DNA from: Microcystis aeruginosa NIES-843
GTDB lineage: Bacteria > Cyanobacteriota > Cyanobacteriia > Cyanobacteriales > Microcystaceae
Assembly (NCBI RefSeq): GCF_000010625.1
Contig: NC_010296.1
Span: forward strand, 4,200,001-4,232,000
DNA: 32,000 nt
Direction of reading: 5' to 3'
The notes below the pieces were generated by a model. The model did no database searches, was not told the DNA's origin, and worked only from the letters and a program-made list of their open reading frames with translations. Positions within the stretch are counted from its first letter, which is position 1; the number at the start of each line of letters is the position of its first letter. The position numbers were made by a program, and so were the translations under genes. Positions 8,499 through 16,532 of this stretch are shown piece by piece.

Positions 8499-8696
8499 AA
8501 GGAAACCTCTTTCATCTGTGGGGGTGAAAATTTTTTCATCGGGACTGCCTCCTGCCTTCGTTATTGACTCGAATTTTGCTGATTTTCTGTTTTTTTTCGG
8601 TCTGGTGTGAGATAATCTAGAAAAACTTAACAATAATCAGCAATAAGCGAGAGATATACTACAAACAAACATTAGTAAGTTTTAATTAAGATAACT

Positions 8697-9200
8697 ATGA
8701 GCTTTCGATTTGGCAAAATCTTGATAGCAGGGGTATTAGCGGTACTTTTGCTAGTAACTTCCTGTGCTAAAGCTCCCTCACAATTTGACCAAGCGCAACA
8801 AGAAAGTACCGCTCGCGGGGCGGCGGCAGTGGTGAAAGAATCCACCTCTGGCGGCAGTTTTAATCGGTTTTTCCCGCCTTCTGGGGGAGGATACGAGCGC
8901 GTCTATACCCAGGAGAAAAAAGGCTTTGCTGAGGCAAAACTGAAGCAAGATGGCAAAGTTCTGGCTATGTTAGCCATATCTGACATCAGCAATAATCCCA
9001 CCGCGGCCAATAAATTCCAAGACAGTCAAACCACAATTAAAGGTTTTCCCTCTGTGGAACAGGGTGCAACCGCCAGCGCCGTTTTAGTCAATAATCGCTA
9101 TCAAGTCAAGGTTTTATCGCGGGAGCCAGATTTTGCTGCCAGCGATCGCCAGGCTTGGTTAGCTAAGTTCGATTTAGATGGTCTAGCAAAGTTAAAGTAA
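8697..9200 (+). CDS. Putative lipoprotein, function unknown
   Basis: 167 aa. The signal peptide carries a lipobox-like LLLVTSC followed by AKAP. I recognise no family. Confidence 0.7.
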   Translation: MSFRFGKILIAGVLAVLLLVTSCAKAPSQFDQAQQESTARGAAAVVKESTSGGSFNRFFPPSGGGYERVYTQEKKGFAEAKLKQDGKVLAMLAISDISNNPTAANKFQDSQTTIKGFPSVEQGATASAVLVNNRYQVKVLSREPDFAASDRQAWLAKFDLDGLAKLK

Positions 9201-9210
9201 GGAGACATCC

Positions 9211-10101
9211 GTGAGTAAGCCAATTTTTGAACTGGTGGACGAATTACCGACGAATAATCTCACCGTCAAAGTTCTCAAAACCCTTGATTATGTAGTGCCG
9301 GGACAGTGGGATAACCTAGTCGGGTTTAAAAATACGATTATCAAAGTCACCGGCGAAACCGACGAAAGCATGATCCAACAGATTGGCGATCGAGCCGTTT
9401 GGTTGTTTAATGATAAATCCCAGGGCTATCAACGGGCGCTCTGGCTCTACCAAACCATCGACAGCGCCGATAATGCCCTAGCCGCCGCCTCTCTTGCTAA
9501 TGCCGTCGGTGGTAAAATTCCCCTCATGGGCGGTTTAATCGAAAAATTAACCCCTGCCCCCGAAAAAGCGCAAACCATCGATCTAACCTTGAAATTAGTG
9601 ACCGAATTAGTCGCTTTTTGTCAAATCAATGGCATTCCGGGGGATAGTATCGGGGATTTCGTCACTTCTCTGGGAGATTATAGCGGCGAATCCCTAATGC
9701 GGATGGCGGCGTTAGTTTGTTTGGATGGTTTAATTCCCCTGGGGGGCAGTTTTATCCGCAAAGTGGAATCCACCCTCAGCATTCTCCACCCAGAAGACTT
9801 AGAATCTAACTCCACTTTCGGCAGTATTAAAGAATTGATTCCGGGGGGAAATACTGCCAGAAAATTAGACTTTATCGGTCAAAGTTTCGACTCGACTAAA
9901 GGTTGGATGAGTGGTTTTGTCAGCGAGCGCGATTTGAGCCAGCAGGGATTATTGAGCAAAATTCAGGGATTTATCGACTTTTCTGCCGATAAATTGGTAT
10001 ATGTTGGGGCATTCCTCGATATGACCACCAATTACTATGAACATACCGGTATTCAAACCCTGGCTCGTCGTTTAATCGAAAGAGCCGTGGCGGAAATTTA
10101 A
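9211..10101 (+). CDS. Hypothetical protein, function unknown. Translationally coupled to the upstream lipoprotein gene.
   Basis: 296-aa ORF with a GTG start at 9211. A GGAG lies at 9201-9204, 10 nt after the upstream TAA. I recognise no family. Confidence 0.65.
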   Translation: MSKPIFELVDELPTNNLTVKVLKTLDYVVPGQWDNLVGFKNTIIKVTGETDESMIQQIGDRAVWLFNDKSQGYQRALWLYQTIDSADNALAAASLANAVGGKIPLMGGLIEKLTPAPEKAQTIDLTLKLVTELVAFCQINGIPGDSIGDFVTSLGDYSGESLMRMAALVCLDGLIPLGGSFIRKVESTLSILHPEDLESNSTFGSIKELIPGGNTARKLDFIGQSFDSTKGWMSGFVSERDLSQQGLLSKIQGFIDFSADKLVYVGAFLDMTTNYYEHTGIQTLARRLIERAVAEI

Positions 10102-10250
10102 GTGGCACCGGGGGCAGGGATGGACAGACCGATACCAAATCGGTTTTTAATAGCATGATTAAGTCCCAATTCAACTTTAAAAACCCAGTTATGGATTGTT
10201 TCCCCCTGCTCCGGCACTCACCCACTTTCCTATACCTTTTCCACAGGATT

Positions 10251-10345
10251 TATAGTCATTTCAATTAAGATTGAGAATATAAATGCCAGAGTTCATAAGG
10301 TTTTCATCGGTCTAGAGTGTATCAGACTTATCTGAAATGACTATA
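10251..10345. repeat. 95-bp unit bounded by 13-bp perfect inverted repeats (TATAGTCATTTCA / TGAAATGACTATA)
   Basis: The arms lie at 10251-10263 and 10333-10345. The unit ends 35 bp upstream of the ATG at 10381. Only a single copy occurs in the window. Confidence 0.55.
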
Positions 10346-10380
10346 GTATTATAATATACCCTCCTTAGCCCCTCAAGGTC

Positions 10381-11058
10381 ATGAATCAGGCACAACTTAT
10401 CCATGCCGCTAAACTCCAGTATCCAGCCGCTATTATTGCTCTACTTAACCAAAGTCTCTTAACCAGAAAAATAGAGGTTGTTGAAGCCACCCCGCAAGAA
10501 AATGCCCTGACTCTAAAAGTTCAATCCAAAAATATACCCAATCAACACAAGTTATTACCTTTTTTGTCGGCAGAAATCAAAAGCTTGGGCATCGATGGAT
10601 TAGAACAAGTGATCGTTTACGGTATGACCGAGGCATCCGATATCCCCGCTTGGCAAGAATCGATAACCCTGAGTCAAGATGATTTAATCGTCAATCTTGT
10701 CACCAAATTAAACTCTTTGCCGATAATAACCGCAGAAATCGCCGAAAATGACCCGGAAGATGCCCCAGAAGCTTTGGAAGACTCTGAAACAACCGAAGAA
10801 AAAGCCCTAGAGAAACCGGAGGAGTTCACTGAAGCTGCTGAGAATATTGTGGCCACTGGTGAGGGATTTTTTCCATCTCATCGGAGACACTCCTCTTTTC
10901 CCCTCAGGATAATTTTGCCTTACCTAGCGATCGGTTTTGGTGCTGGAATTATTATAGGTGCTTACTTTGGCTATCAAAACGCAGTGAGTGATACTAAATC
11001 CGTTGAGCATAGGCTACATATCAGGACAGGCACTCATGCAATAGGCAATGGGCAATAG
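10381..11058 (+). CDS. Hypothetical membrane-anchored protein. The C-terminal ~22 codons and the stop codon lie inside a MITE.
   Basis: 225 aa with an N-terminal ~95-aa domain (AAIIALLNQSLLTRKIEV...PAWQESI), an acidic linker and one TM helix (ILPYLAIGFGAGIIIGAYFGY). The tail SDTKSVEHRLHIRTGTHAIGNGQ is encoded by the repeat at 10991-11098. Confidence 0.6.
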   Translation: MNQAQLIHAAKLQYPAAIIALLNQSLLTRKIEVVEATPQENALTLKVQSKNIPNQHKLLPFLSAEIKSLGIDGLEQVIVYGMTEASDIPAWQESITLSQDDLIVNLVTKLNSLPIITAEIAENDPEDAPEALEDSETTEEKALEKPEEFTEAAENIVATGEGFFPSHRRHSSFPLRIILPYLAIGFGAGIIIGAYFGYQNAVSDTKSVEHRLHIRTGTHAIGNGQ

Positions 11059-11098
11059 GGGGAATAAATAATCATTCTTTAATAACCGGATTTAGTGT
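10991..11098 (+). mobile_element. MITE family 2 (TIR ACTAAATCCG / CGGATTTAGT), intact copy
   Basis: It matches the reverse complement of 25724-25789 plus 26008-26035 along its whole length. The terminal inverted repeats lie at 10993-11002 and 11087-11096. Confidence 0.75.
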
Positions 11099-11316
11099 GA
11101 AATGCCCGCACAACCCGGAGCGATCGAACAAGCCCGATAAATTTTCCTGTCCCCAACCTGATATGATCGGGATTGCCAGGCTTACGATTAAGACCAATGC
11201 AAAATTTTCCTATCTCCAAATCTCAATGATTTAGGGCTTTTTTTCTTGGGAATTTGTCGTTAAGGACAGCAGCACCAGCTTATTTTTTATCTTTAGCCCC
11301 GCCTATCTAACCGCTC

Positions 11317-11715
11317 ATGTCTATGGAAGAAGCCTTGAAACTCCTAAAAGAATATGGATGTATTAAACTAAAAATTGCCCAATCCCCCGAAGAAGAAGAA
11401 GCTCTAAGACAGGCAATTTTATTAGTTAACCAAGGTTCGGAATCAATTAATTTAGGTATCTGTGCCGATAACAATGAAGAGGGATTTAAAGCCCTGAAAA
11501 GTTATCTACAAGCCTTGGGATACCCCCTACCTAATAGTCTCCCAGAAGACCACCCAGAACAGGGAGCGGTGTATATTAAATACAATACCCAAAGACAAGC
11601 TTCCTATCTCGATTCCTATACGGGAACCTATCGCGGTGTCCTGGTTTCTTGTCAGTCAGAAAATGATCAATTAGTCGGTACTTATGGTCACTTTCCCCTC
11701 GATTTATTCTCTTAA
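11317..11715 (+). CDS. Small conserved cyanobacterial protein, probably DUF1824 family
   Basis: 132-aa ORF. The family assignment comes from recollection of the C-terminal GTYGHFPLDLF-type motif and is not verifiable here. Confidence 0.6.
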   Translation: MSMEEALKLLKEYGCIKLKIAQSPEEEEALRQAILLVNQGSESINLGICADNNEEGFKALKSYLQALGYPLPNSLPEDHPEQGAVYIKYNTQRQASYLDSYTGTYRGVLVSCQSENDQLVGTYGHFPLDLFS

Positions 11716-11742
11716 GAGGCATAGTTTTTACTGTTGACTAAT

Positions 11743-11843
11743 AAGTAGGTGGGTGTTAAGAATTGTCAGATACCCCCCTTATCAAGGGGGGATTAAGGGG
11801 GGATCAAAGACCAAATCTATCTTCAATTTAATTGAAATCACTT
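11743..11843 (+). mobile_element. Repeat family 4 (AAGTAGGT...CACTT) carrying a C6-TTATCAA-G6 hairpin. Diverged copy.
   Basis: AAGTAGGTGGGTGTTAAGAATTGTCAGATACCCCCCTTATCAAGGGGGGATTAAGGGGGGATC aligns with the copies at 23496 and 21373 (reverse complement). Confidence 0.7.
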
Positions 11844-11959
11844 AAGTGGGTGGGTGGAATTAAATATAAGATGAACGTAGGTTGGGTTGAAGCATGAAAC
11901 CCAACGCCCGCTCATGTTACGCTACCGCTAACCCATCCTACAAATAATTGTGCCTCCCC
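11844..11959 (+). repeat. Repeat family 5 (AAGTGGGTGGGTGGAATTAAATATAAGATGAACGTAGGTTGGGTTGAAGCATGAAACCCAAC...), long variant
   Basis: Near-identical to 30890-30984 except for an extra ~20 bp (CGCTCATGTTACGCTACCGC) after AACGCC. It contains the hairpin GTTGGGTT-GAAGCATGA-AACCCAAC. Confidence 0.75.
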
Positions 11960-12017
11960 ACTCCTGTCCACTGAATTCTCTTTCCTGAATCTTTTTAACT
12001 TTTTACCTGAAAAAAAT

Positions 12018-12698
12018 ATGTATTTGTTAATTCCAGCAGCGGGAATGGGTAAACGGATGGGCAGCGATCGCAATAAGTTACTGCTCACCCTGCACGGAAA
12101 ACCGCTCCTGGCTTGGACTTTGCTGGCTGCCATGGAATCGAGGGCAATTATCTGGATTGGCATCATGGCACAACCGGAAGACTTTGAGGAGATCCGAGCA
12201 ATTATCACCCCTATAAATGCCCTTAAACCCGTGCAAATCATCCAAGGAGGCGAAACCAGACAAAAATCGGTTTACAATGGCTTACAAGCCCTACCAGAGG
12301 GGGCTGAGACGGTTTTAATTCACGATGGGGCGCGCTGTTTAGCCACTCCCGAATTATTCGATCGCTGTGCCGCCGCTTTAGCCACTTGTCAGGGTTTCAT
12401 TGCGGCGATTCCGGTGAAAGATACGATTAAAATTGTCGATAGCAAGGGCTGGATTGAGGATACACCGGATCGCTCGCGGTTGTGGGCAGCCCAAACGCCC
12501 CAGGGTTTTCAGGTAAAATTATTAAAAGAATGTCATGAACAAGGCCGAAAATTAGATTGGGAAGTCACCGACGATGCCGCCTTATTAGAAAAATGTGGTT
12601 TTCCCGTCAAAATTGTCGTCGGTGAAGAAACTAACTTAAAAATTACGACTCCGGGAGATCTGGCAATTGCCGAATATATTTTAAGTCAACGTTTATAA
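12018..12698 (+). CDS. ispD: 2-C-methyl-D-erythritol 4-phosphate cytidylyltransferase
   Basis: 226 aa with the N-terminal LIPAAGMGKRMG motif and IspD-typical length and layout. Confidence 0.92.
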   Translation: MYLLIPAAGMGKRMGSDRNKLLLTLHGKPLLAWTLLAAMESRAIIWIGIMAQPEDFEEIRAIITPINALKPVQIIQGGETRQKSVYNGLQALPEGAETVLIHDGARCLATPELFDRCAAALATCQGFIAAIPVKDTIKIVDSKGWIEDTPDRSRLWAAQTPQGFQVKLLKECHEQGRKLDWEVTDDAALLEKCGFPVKIVVGEETNLKITTPGDLAIAEYILSQRL

Positions 12699-13310
12699 TT
12701 TTTCATCTACTTTAACGCCGTCCCGTTTAATAATACGAGCGGGAATACCCACCACCACACAATTAGGTGGAACATCTTTGACTACCACTGAATTTGCGCC
12801 CACGGTGACATTATCGCCGATGGTAATGTTTCCTAAGACTTTAGCGCCGGCGGTAATCCTGACATTATTGCCAATTTTGGGGCGACCGCTTTTATCTTTA
12901 TAGCCAATTGTTACCTGTTGATTAATCCAACAGTTATCGCCCAAATCCGCCATAACAATCGTACTAAAACCGTGTTGAATAAATAATCCTTTGCCAATCG
13001 AACAGGAAGAATCTAGAAATAAATAGGAACTTTCTCGATAGAAAAACCTAAGAATATACATAAAAAAACGGCTGAATGAACCACCTTGAAAAAGACGACA
13101 ATAATATAAATTTCTAAATTCTTTTGCCTCCAGACACAGAGCTAACAATTGTAACCAATCTGCTCTTTTTTCCCGGCCTAATAACTCTACCCAACGCCGC
13201 ACATCACCTAAGATAAGTTCTCGATTGTTAGCTACCTGAAAAGCAATGATTAAGGGTGAGAGCCAAAGAATACCCACATAGAAAAATAATTTTCGGAAGA
13301 AACTTTTCAT
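12693..13310 (-). CDS. Left-handed beta-helix (hexapeptide-repeat) O-acetyltransferase, serine acetyltransferase-like
   Basis: 205 aa. Hexapeptide repeats occupy the C-terminal half (IGNNVRITAGAKVLGNITIGDNVTVGANSVVVKDVP). The N-terminus is hydrophobic. Confidence 0.8.
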   Translation of the reverse strand: MKSFFRKLFFYVGILWLSPLIIAFQVANNRELILGDVRRWVELLGREKRADWLQLLALCLEAKEFRNLYYCRLFQGGSFSRFFMYILRFFYRESSYLFLDSSCSIGKGLFIQHGFSTIVMADLGDNCWINQQVTIGYKDKSGRPKIGNNVRITAGAKVLGNITIGDNVTVGANSVVVKDVPPNCVVVGIPARIIKRDGVKVDEKL

Positions 13311-13414
13311 CGTTGGTCTAAAATAATTGACGATAGACTTGCTTTTTGTTGCTATTGATTATAGTAGTATTGTAGCGAATAGTTCAACCGTCCCCCGTTT
13401 ATTGGACTCCAACG

Positions 13415-14365
13415 ATGTCAACTACCTTACAGTTCTTTCCCGAAGTATCCGTGATCGTGCCAATTTATAACGGAGAGAAAGATCTACCCCCTCTCATTGA
13501 TTGTTTAGCCAAACAGACCTATCCCCGTCAATTAGTTGAATATATTTTAGTTGATAATAATAGTAGCGATCGCACAGCAGAATTATTAGGAAAGGCAGCA
13601 CAAGAACACAGGGAACTGAAACTGATCATTTTAAGCGAAAATCAGATACAAAGCTCCTACGCTGCTCGCAACAAAGGGATCAAAAGCGCTCGTTATCCTT
13701 TTCTGGCCTTTACCGATGCCGATTGTCGTCCCGCACCGCAATGGTTGACAGAATTGATCCAACCCTTTAAAGATACTAGGATCGGTCTGGTAGTGGGTGA
13801 AATTGCTGCCTTAACTGGTTCCACTTGCTTGGAAAATTATGCGGAACGTCGTCACTTTATGTCACCAAAATTTCTTTTAGAACATTCTTTTTGTCCCTAC
13901 GGTCAAACTGCTAACCTCGCTATTCGTCGAGAAGCTTTTCAAAAAGTTGGTTTATTTCGTCCTTATTTAACTACCGGTGGTGATGCCGATATCTGTTGGC
14001 GTATTCAACAACAAACCGACTGGCAATTAACCTACGCACCAGAGGCAATTATTTACCATCGTCATCGTTCTACCTTACAAGACTTAAGAAGTCAATTAAA
14101 ACGTTACGGGCGCTCGAATCGCTATCTTCACGAATTGTATGGTGTCGAATTGATGCGACCTTTAACCAATCAAGAGTTATTTTTTACTCTCGGTCGTTGG
14201 TTATTAAAAGAGCTACCAAAAAATACTCTCAAGTTACTGTTTGGTAAAGCAGATTTAGTAGATTTATTGGCTACTCCCCTCGATTTAATTGGGTTTCAGT
14301 CCCGCAGCCAAGGACAAGCCACGGCTAAACTACCCGAAAAAGCTAAAGAAATCGAATGGCTTTAA
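13415..14365 (+). CDS. Family 2 glycosyltransferase
   Basis: 316 aa with VSVIVPIYNGEKDL, VDNNSSDRT and the DxD-type FTDADC motif. Confidence 0.88.
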   Translation: MSTTLQFFPEVSVIVPIYNGEKDLPPLIDCLAKQTYPRQLVEYILVDNNSSDRTAELLGKAAQEHRELKLIILSENQIQSSYAARNKGIKSARYPFLAFTDADCRPAPQWLTELIQPFKDTRIGLVVGEIAALTGSTCLENYAERRHFMSPKFLLEHSFCPYGQTANLAIRREAFQKVGLFRPYLTTGGDADICWRIQQQTDWQLTYAPEAIIYHRHRSTLQDLRSQLKRYGRSNRYLHELYGVELMRPLTNQELFFTLGRWLLKELPKNTLKLLFGKADLVDLLATPLDLIGFQSRSQGQATAKLPEKAKEIEWL

Positions 14366-14455
14366 TTCAGTTATCAGTTATCAGATATGAGTTTTCAGTG
14401 ATCAGTTACCGATCAGTTCACTGATTACTGATTACTGATTACTGTTTACTGATTA
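14366..14455. repeat. STRR-like heptamer array: CAGTTAT-type units followed by near-complementary ATTACTG units
   Basis: CAGTTATCAGTTATCAGATATGAGTTTTCAGTGATCAGTTACCGATCAGTTCACTGATTACTGATTACTGATTACTGTTTACTGATTAAGG. It starts directly after the glycosyltransferase TAA (14363-14365). Confidence 0.85.
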
Positions 14456-14612
14456 AGGTTTCCTCTATGGTTTCTCCCTGAGTGAAACATCCTGGAAGAT
14501 CCTTAATTTCTGATACATATCCCCCGTCATCATCAGGATAAATTGTTATTGGATATTTTCACCCCAAATAAAACTCTAATGATTCCGGCTTAGTTTTATT
14601 ACTTGTCTTCAT
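14439..14612 (-). pseudogene. HicB/UPF0150-family antitoxin remnant with an in-frame TGA and a truncated 3' end
   Basis: My minus-strand translation reads MKTSNKTKPESLEFYLG*KYPITIYPDDDGGYVSEIKDLPGCFTQGETIEETLISKQ*. The YPI.I.P...GGY...I.DLPGC..QGET.EE pattern is the HicB N-terminal domain. An AAGAGG RBS precedes the ATG at 14612. The reading frame runs into the heptamer array. Confidence 0.5.
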
Positions 14613-14800
14613 ATTTTTTACCTCTTTAAAGTTAACAAATAGGATCAATATATTTTGAGTAAATACCCAGAAAACATCAAGAAGGGAATCAGCTTTAAAC
14701 CTTTTCGGTCAACTATCCATTCCCTTATTCTGGCGCTCCAGGCTTCAAAGTGGGGGACAAAATGAGGTAAGGTAAAAAAGCTGTGCCGATAACCGAGACT

Positions 14801-15634
14801 ATGACCGTTGAATGGCAATCCGTCAAAACCTACGAGGATATTCTTTACCATAAATGGGGGGGAATCGCCAAAATCACTATAAATCGCCCCCATAAGCGTA
14901 ATGCCTTCCGTCCGAAGACAGTTTTTGAGCTTTACGACGCTTTCTGTGATGCTCGCGAGGATGCGCGCATTGGGGTGGTACTGCTCACGGGTGCAGGTCC
15001 CCACAGCGACGGCAAATATGCTTTTTGTTCCGGCGGCGATCAGACGGTGCGCGGTCAGGCGGGTTATATTGGCGATGATGGCGTACCCCGGCTCAATGTG
15101 CTGGATTTACAGAAATTAATTCGCTCCATCCCCAAGGTAGTTATCGCGCTGGTGGCAGGTTATGCGGTCGGGGGCGGTCATGTTTTGCACTTGGTTTGTG
15201 ATTTAACCTTAGCGGCGGATAACGCCATTTTCGGCCAGACCGGTCCAAAAGTGGGCAGTTTTGACGGCGGTTTTGGCTCTAGTTATCTGGCCCGGGTGGT
15301 CGGTCAGAAAAAGGCTCGCGAGATTTGGTTTCTCTGTCGGCAGTATAACGCCCAACAAGCTTTAGAAATGGGTTTGGTTAACCATGTCGTCCCGGTGGAG
15401 GAATTAGAGCAGGAAGGGATTAAATGGTCCTTAGAAATTCTCGAAAAAAGTCCCTTGGCGATTCGCTGCCTAAAATCGGCTTTTAATGCTGATTGTGATG
15501 GTCAAGCGGGTTTACAGGAGTTAGCGGGCAATGCCACTTTACTCTACTATATGACCGCCGAAGGAGCCGAAGGTAAACAGGCTTTCCTCGAAAAACGTCC
15601 CCCCGATTTTAGTCAATATCCTTGGCTACCCTAA
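14801..15634 (+). CDS. menB: 1,4-dihydroxy-2-naphthoyl-CoA synthase (phylloquinone pathway)
   Basis: Crotonase fold with [15 protein letters not shown] and FCSGGDQ motifs. I prefer the ATG at 14801 ([16 protein letters not shown]) over the track's GTG at 14783. Confidence 0.92.
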   Translation: MTVEWQSVKTYEDILYHKWGGIAKITINRPHKRNAFRPKTVFELYDAFCDAREDARIGVVLLTGAGPHSDGKYAFCSGGDQTVRGQAGYIGDDGVPRLNVLDLQKLIRSIPKVVIALVAGYAVGGGHVLHLVCDLTLAADNAIFGQTGPKVGSFDGGFGSSYLARVVGQKKAREIWFLCRQYNAQQALEMGLVNHVVPVEELEQEGIKWSLEILEKSPLAIRCLKSAFNADCDGQAGLQELAGNATLLYYMTAEGAEGKQAFLEKRPPDFSQYPWLP

Positions 15635-15660
15635 TCAGTTATCGGTGAACAGTAATCAGT

Positions 15661-15840
15661 AGACCTCTTGCAAAAATCAAAAATCTTCCTTTAGGTGAGG
15701 AGTCAGGAGCCAGTAGTCAGTAGTCAGGAGAATTAAGAATGAGCATTAATCAATTAAATGCTCTATTTGGTTATTTTATGCAATTTTATGCTTATTTTTC
15801 TGATTTTTGCCCTCTCAAAAATTAATTATGCAAGAACTCT
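15661..15840 (+). mobile_element. MITE family 3 (AGACCTCTTGCAAAAATCAAAAAT ... AAAAATTAATTATGCAAGA), copy 1
   Basis: It aligns over its whole ~180 bp with 17770-17949. The ends are inverted repeats (AGACCTCTTGC vs GCAAGAACTCT), and the interior carries CAGGAGT/CAGTAGT heptamers. Confidence 0.75.
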
Positions 15841-15981
15841 AGTGAAAGGAAAGCAGAAAACTGCCATATATAGGGTTTCCTAAGCTAGTGAGGTACACCT
15901 ATTTTTCTTCCCTTTTGCCTTCTGCCTCTTGCCTTTTGCCTAAAACCCATAACTTTTGTACCTCAGCAGACTGAAAAACGC

Positions 15982-15987
15982 TATAAT
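15982..15987 (+). promoter_or_regulatory. Consensus TATAAT, candidate -10 box for the rbp gene (long 5' UTR)
   Basis: A perfect TATAAT lies 186 nt upstream of the ATG at 16173. The nearest -35-like TTGTAC is 20 nt away, which is poor spacing. Confidence 0.25.
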
Positions 15988-16172
15988 ACTGCTCACTTAA
16001 TACTCCCTACTCCTACTGATCACCGATCACTGATCAGCTATGCTAGTTTAGAGAGAGTAGTTAGGTTCGGTAGCAGCATTGGTTTCAAACAGAAGCGGTT
16101 TTTCCCTGATGGCCTTGACTGGGTTGTGTCCGATCTCCTTCTCGAAATGGCTGTGATATTGGGAGACAATCC

Positions 16173-16475
16173 ATGACGATTTACGTTGGTAATCTGGTTT
16201 ATGACGTCACGACAGATGACTTGAAAGAGGTATTCGCTGAATACGGCACAGTTAGTCGCGTTTACTTGCCCGTAGATCGGGAAACGGGTAAAATGCGCGG
16301 TTTTGGTTTTGTGGAAATGTCCTCCGATGAGGAAGAAGCAAAAGCGATCGAAACTCTTGACGGGGCCGAATGGATGGGACGACAGATGAAAGTCAACAAA
16401 GCTCGTCCCAAAGAAGATAATTTTGGCGGTGGTGGCCGCGGTGAGCGCAAAAATTTCGGTCGCCGCGAACGTTAA
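16173..16475 (+). CDS. RRM-type RNA-binding protein with a glycine-rich tail (cyanobacterial Rbp class)
   Basis: 100 aa with RNP2 IYVGNL, RNP1 RGFGFVEM and a C-terminal GGGGRGERKNFGRRER. Confidence 0.92.
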   Translation: MTIYVGNLVYDVTTDDLKEVFAEYGTVSRVYLPVDRETGKMRGFGFVEMSSDEEEAKAIETLDGAEWMGRQMKVNKARPKEDNFGGGGRGERKNFGRRER

Positions 16476-16499
16476 AGAGATTCTTGGAAAATTCCAGAA

Positions 16500-16526
16500 G
16501 CGGTTATTTCTGATAACCGCTTTCTT
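16500..16526 (+). terminator. Intrinsic terminator between the convergent rbp and dedA genes
   Basis: The stem GCGGTTAT (16500-16507) pairs with ATAACCGC (16513-16520) around the loop TTCTG and is followed by TTTCTT. Confidence 0.6.
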
Positions 16527-16532
16527 CTGGAC

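Noticed and set aside
8367-8633. Minus-strand 88-aa ORF downstream of chlD
   Set aside because: It runs through the G-rich heptamer core of a MITE fragment (giving PHPTPYTLPP-type sequence). It is an artefact of the repeat.
10102-10220. Imperfect inverted repeat GCACCGGGGGCAGGG / CCCCCTGCTCCGGCAC that could bound another ~115-bp MITE
   Set aside because: Only about 12 of 15 positions pair, and there is no second copy in the window. A weak hairpin plus T-run (10126-10147) inside it could simply be the terminator of the 296-aa gene.
14645-15004. Minus-strand 119-aa ORF, examined as a possible HicA partner of the hicB remnant
   Set aside because: It has no HicA-like sequence. Most of it is antisense to the menB 5' region, so it is very likely spurious.
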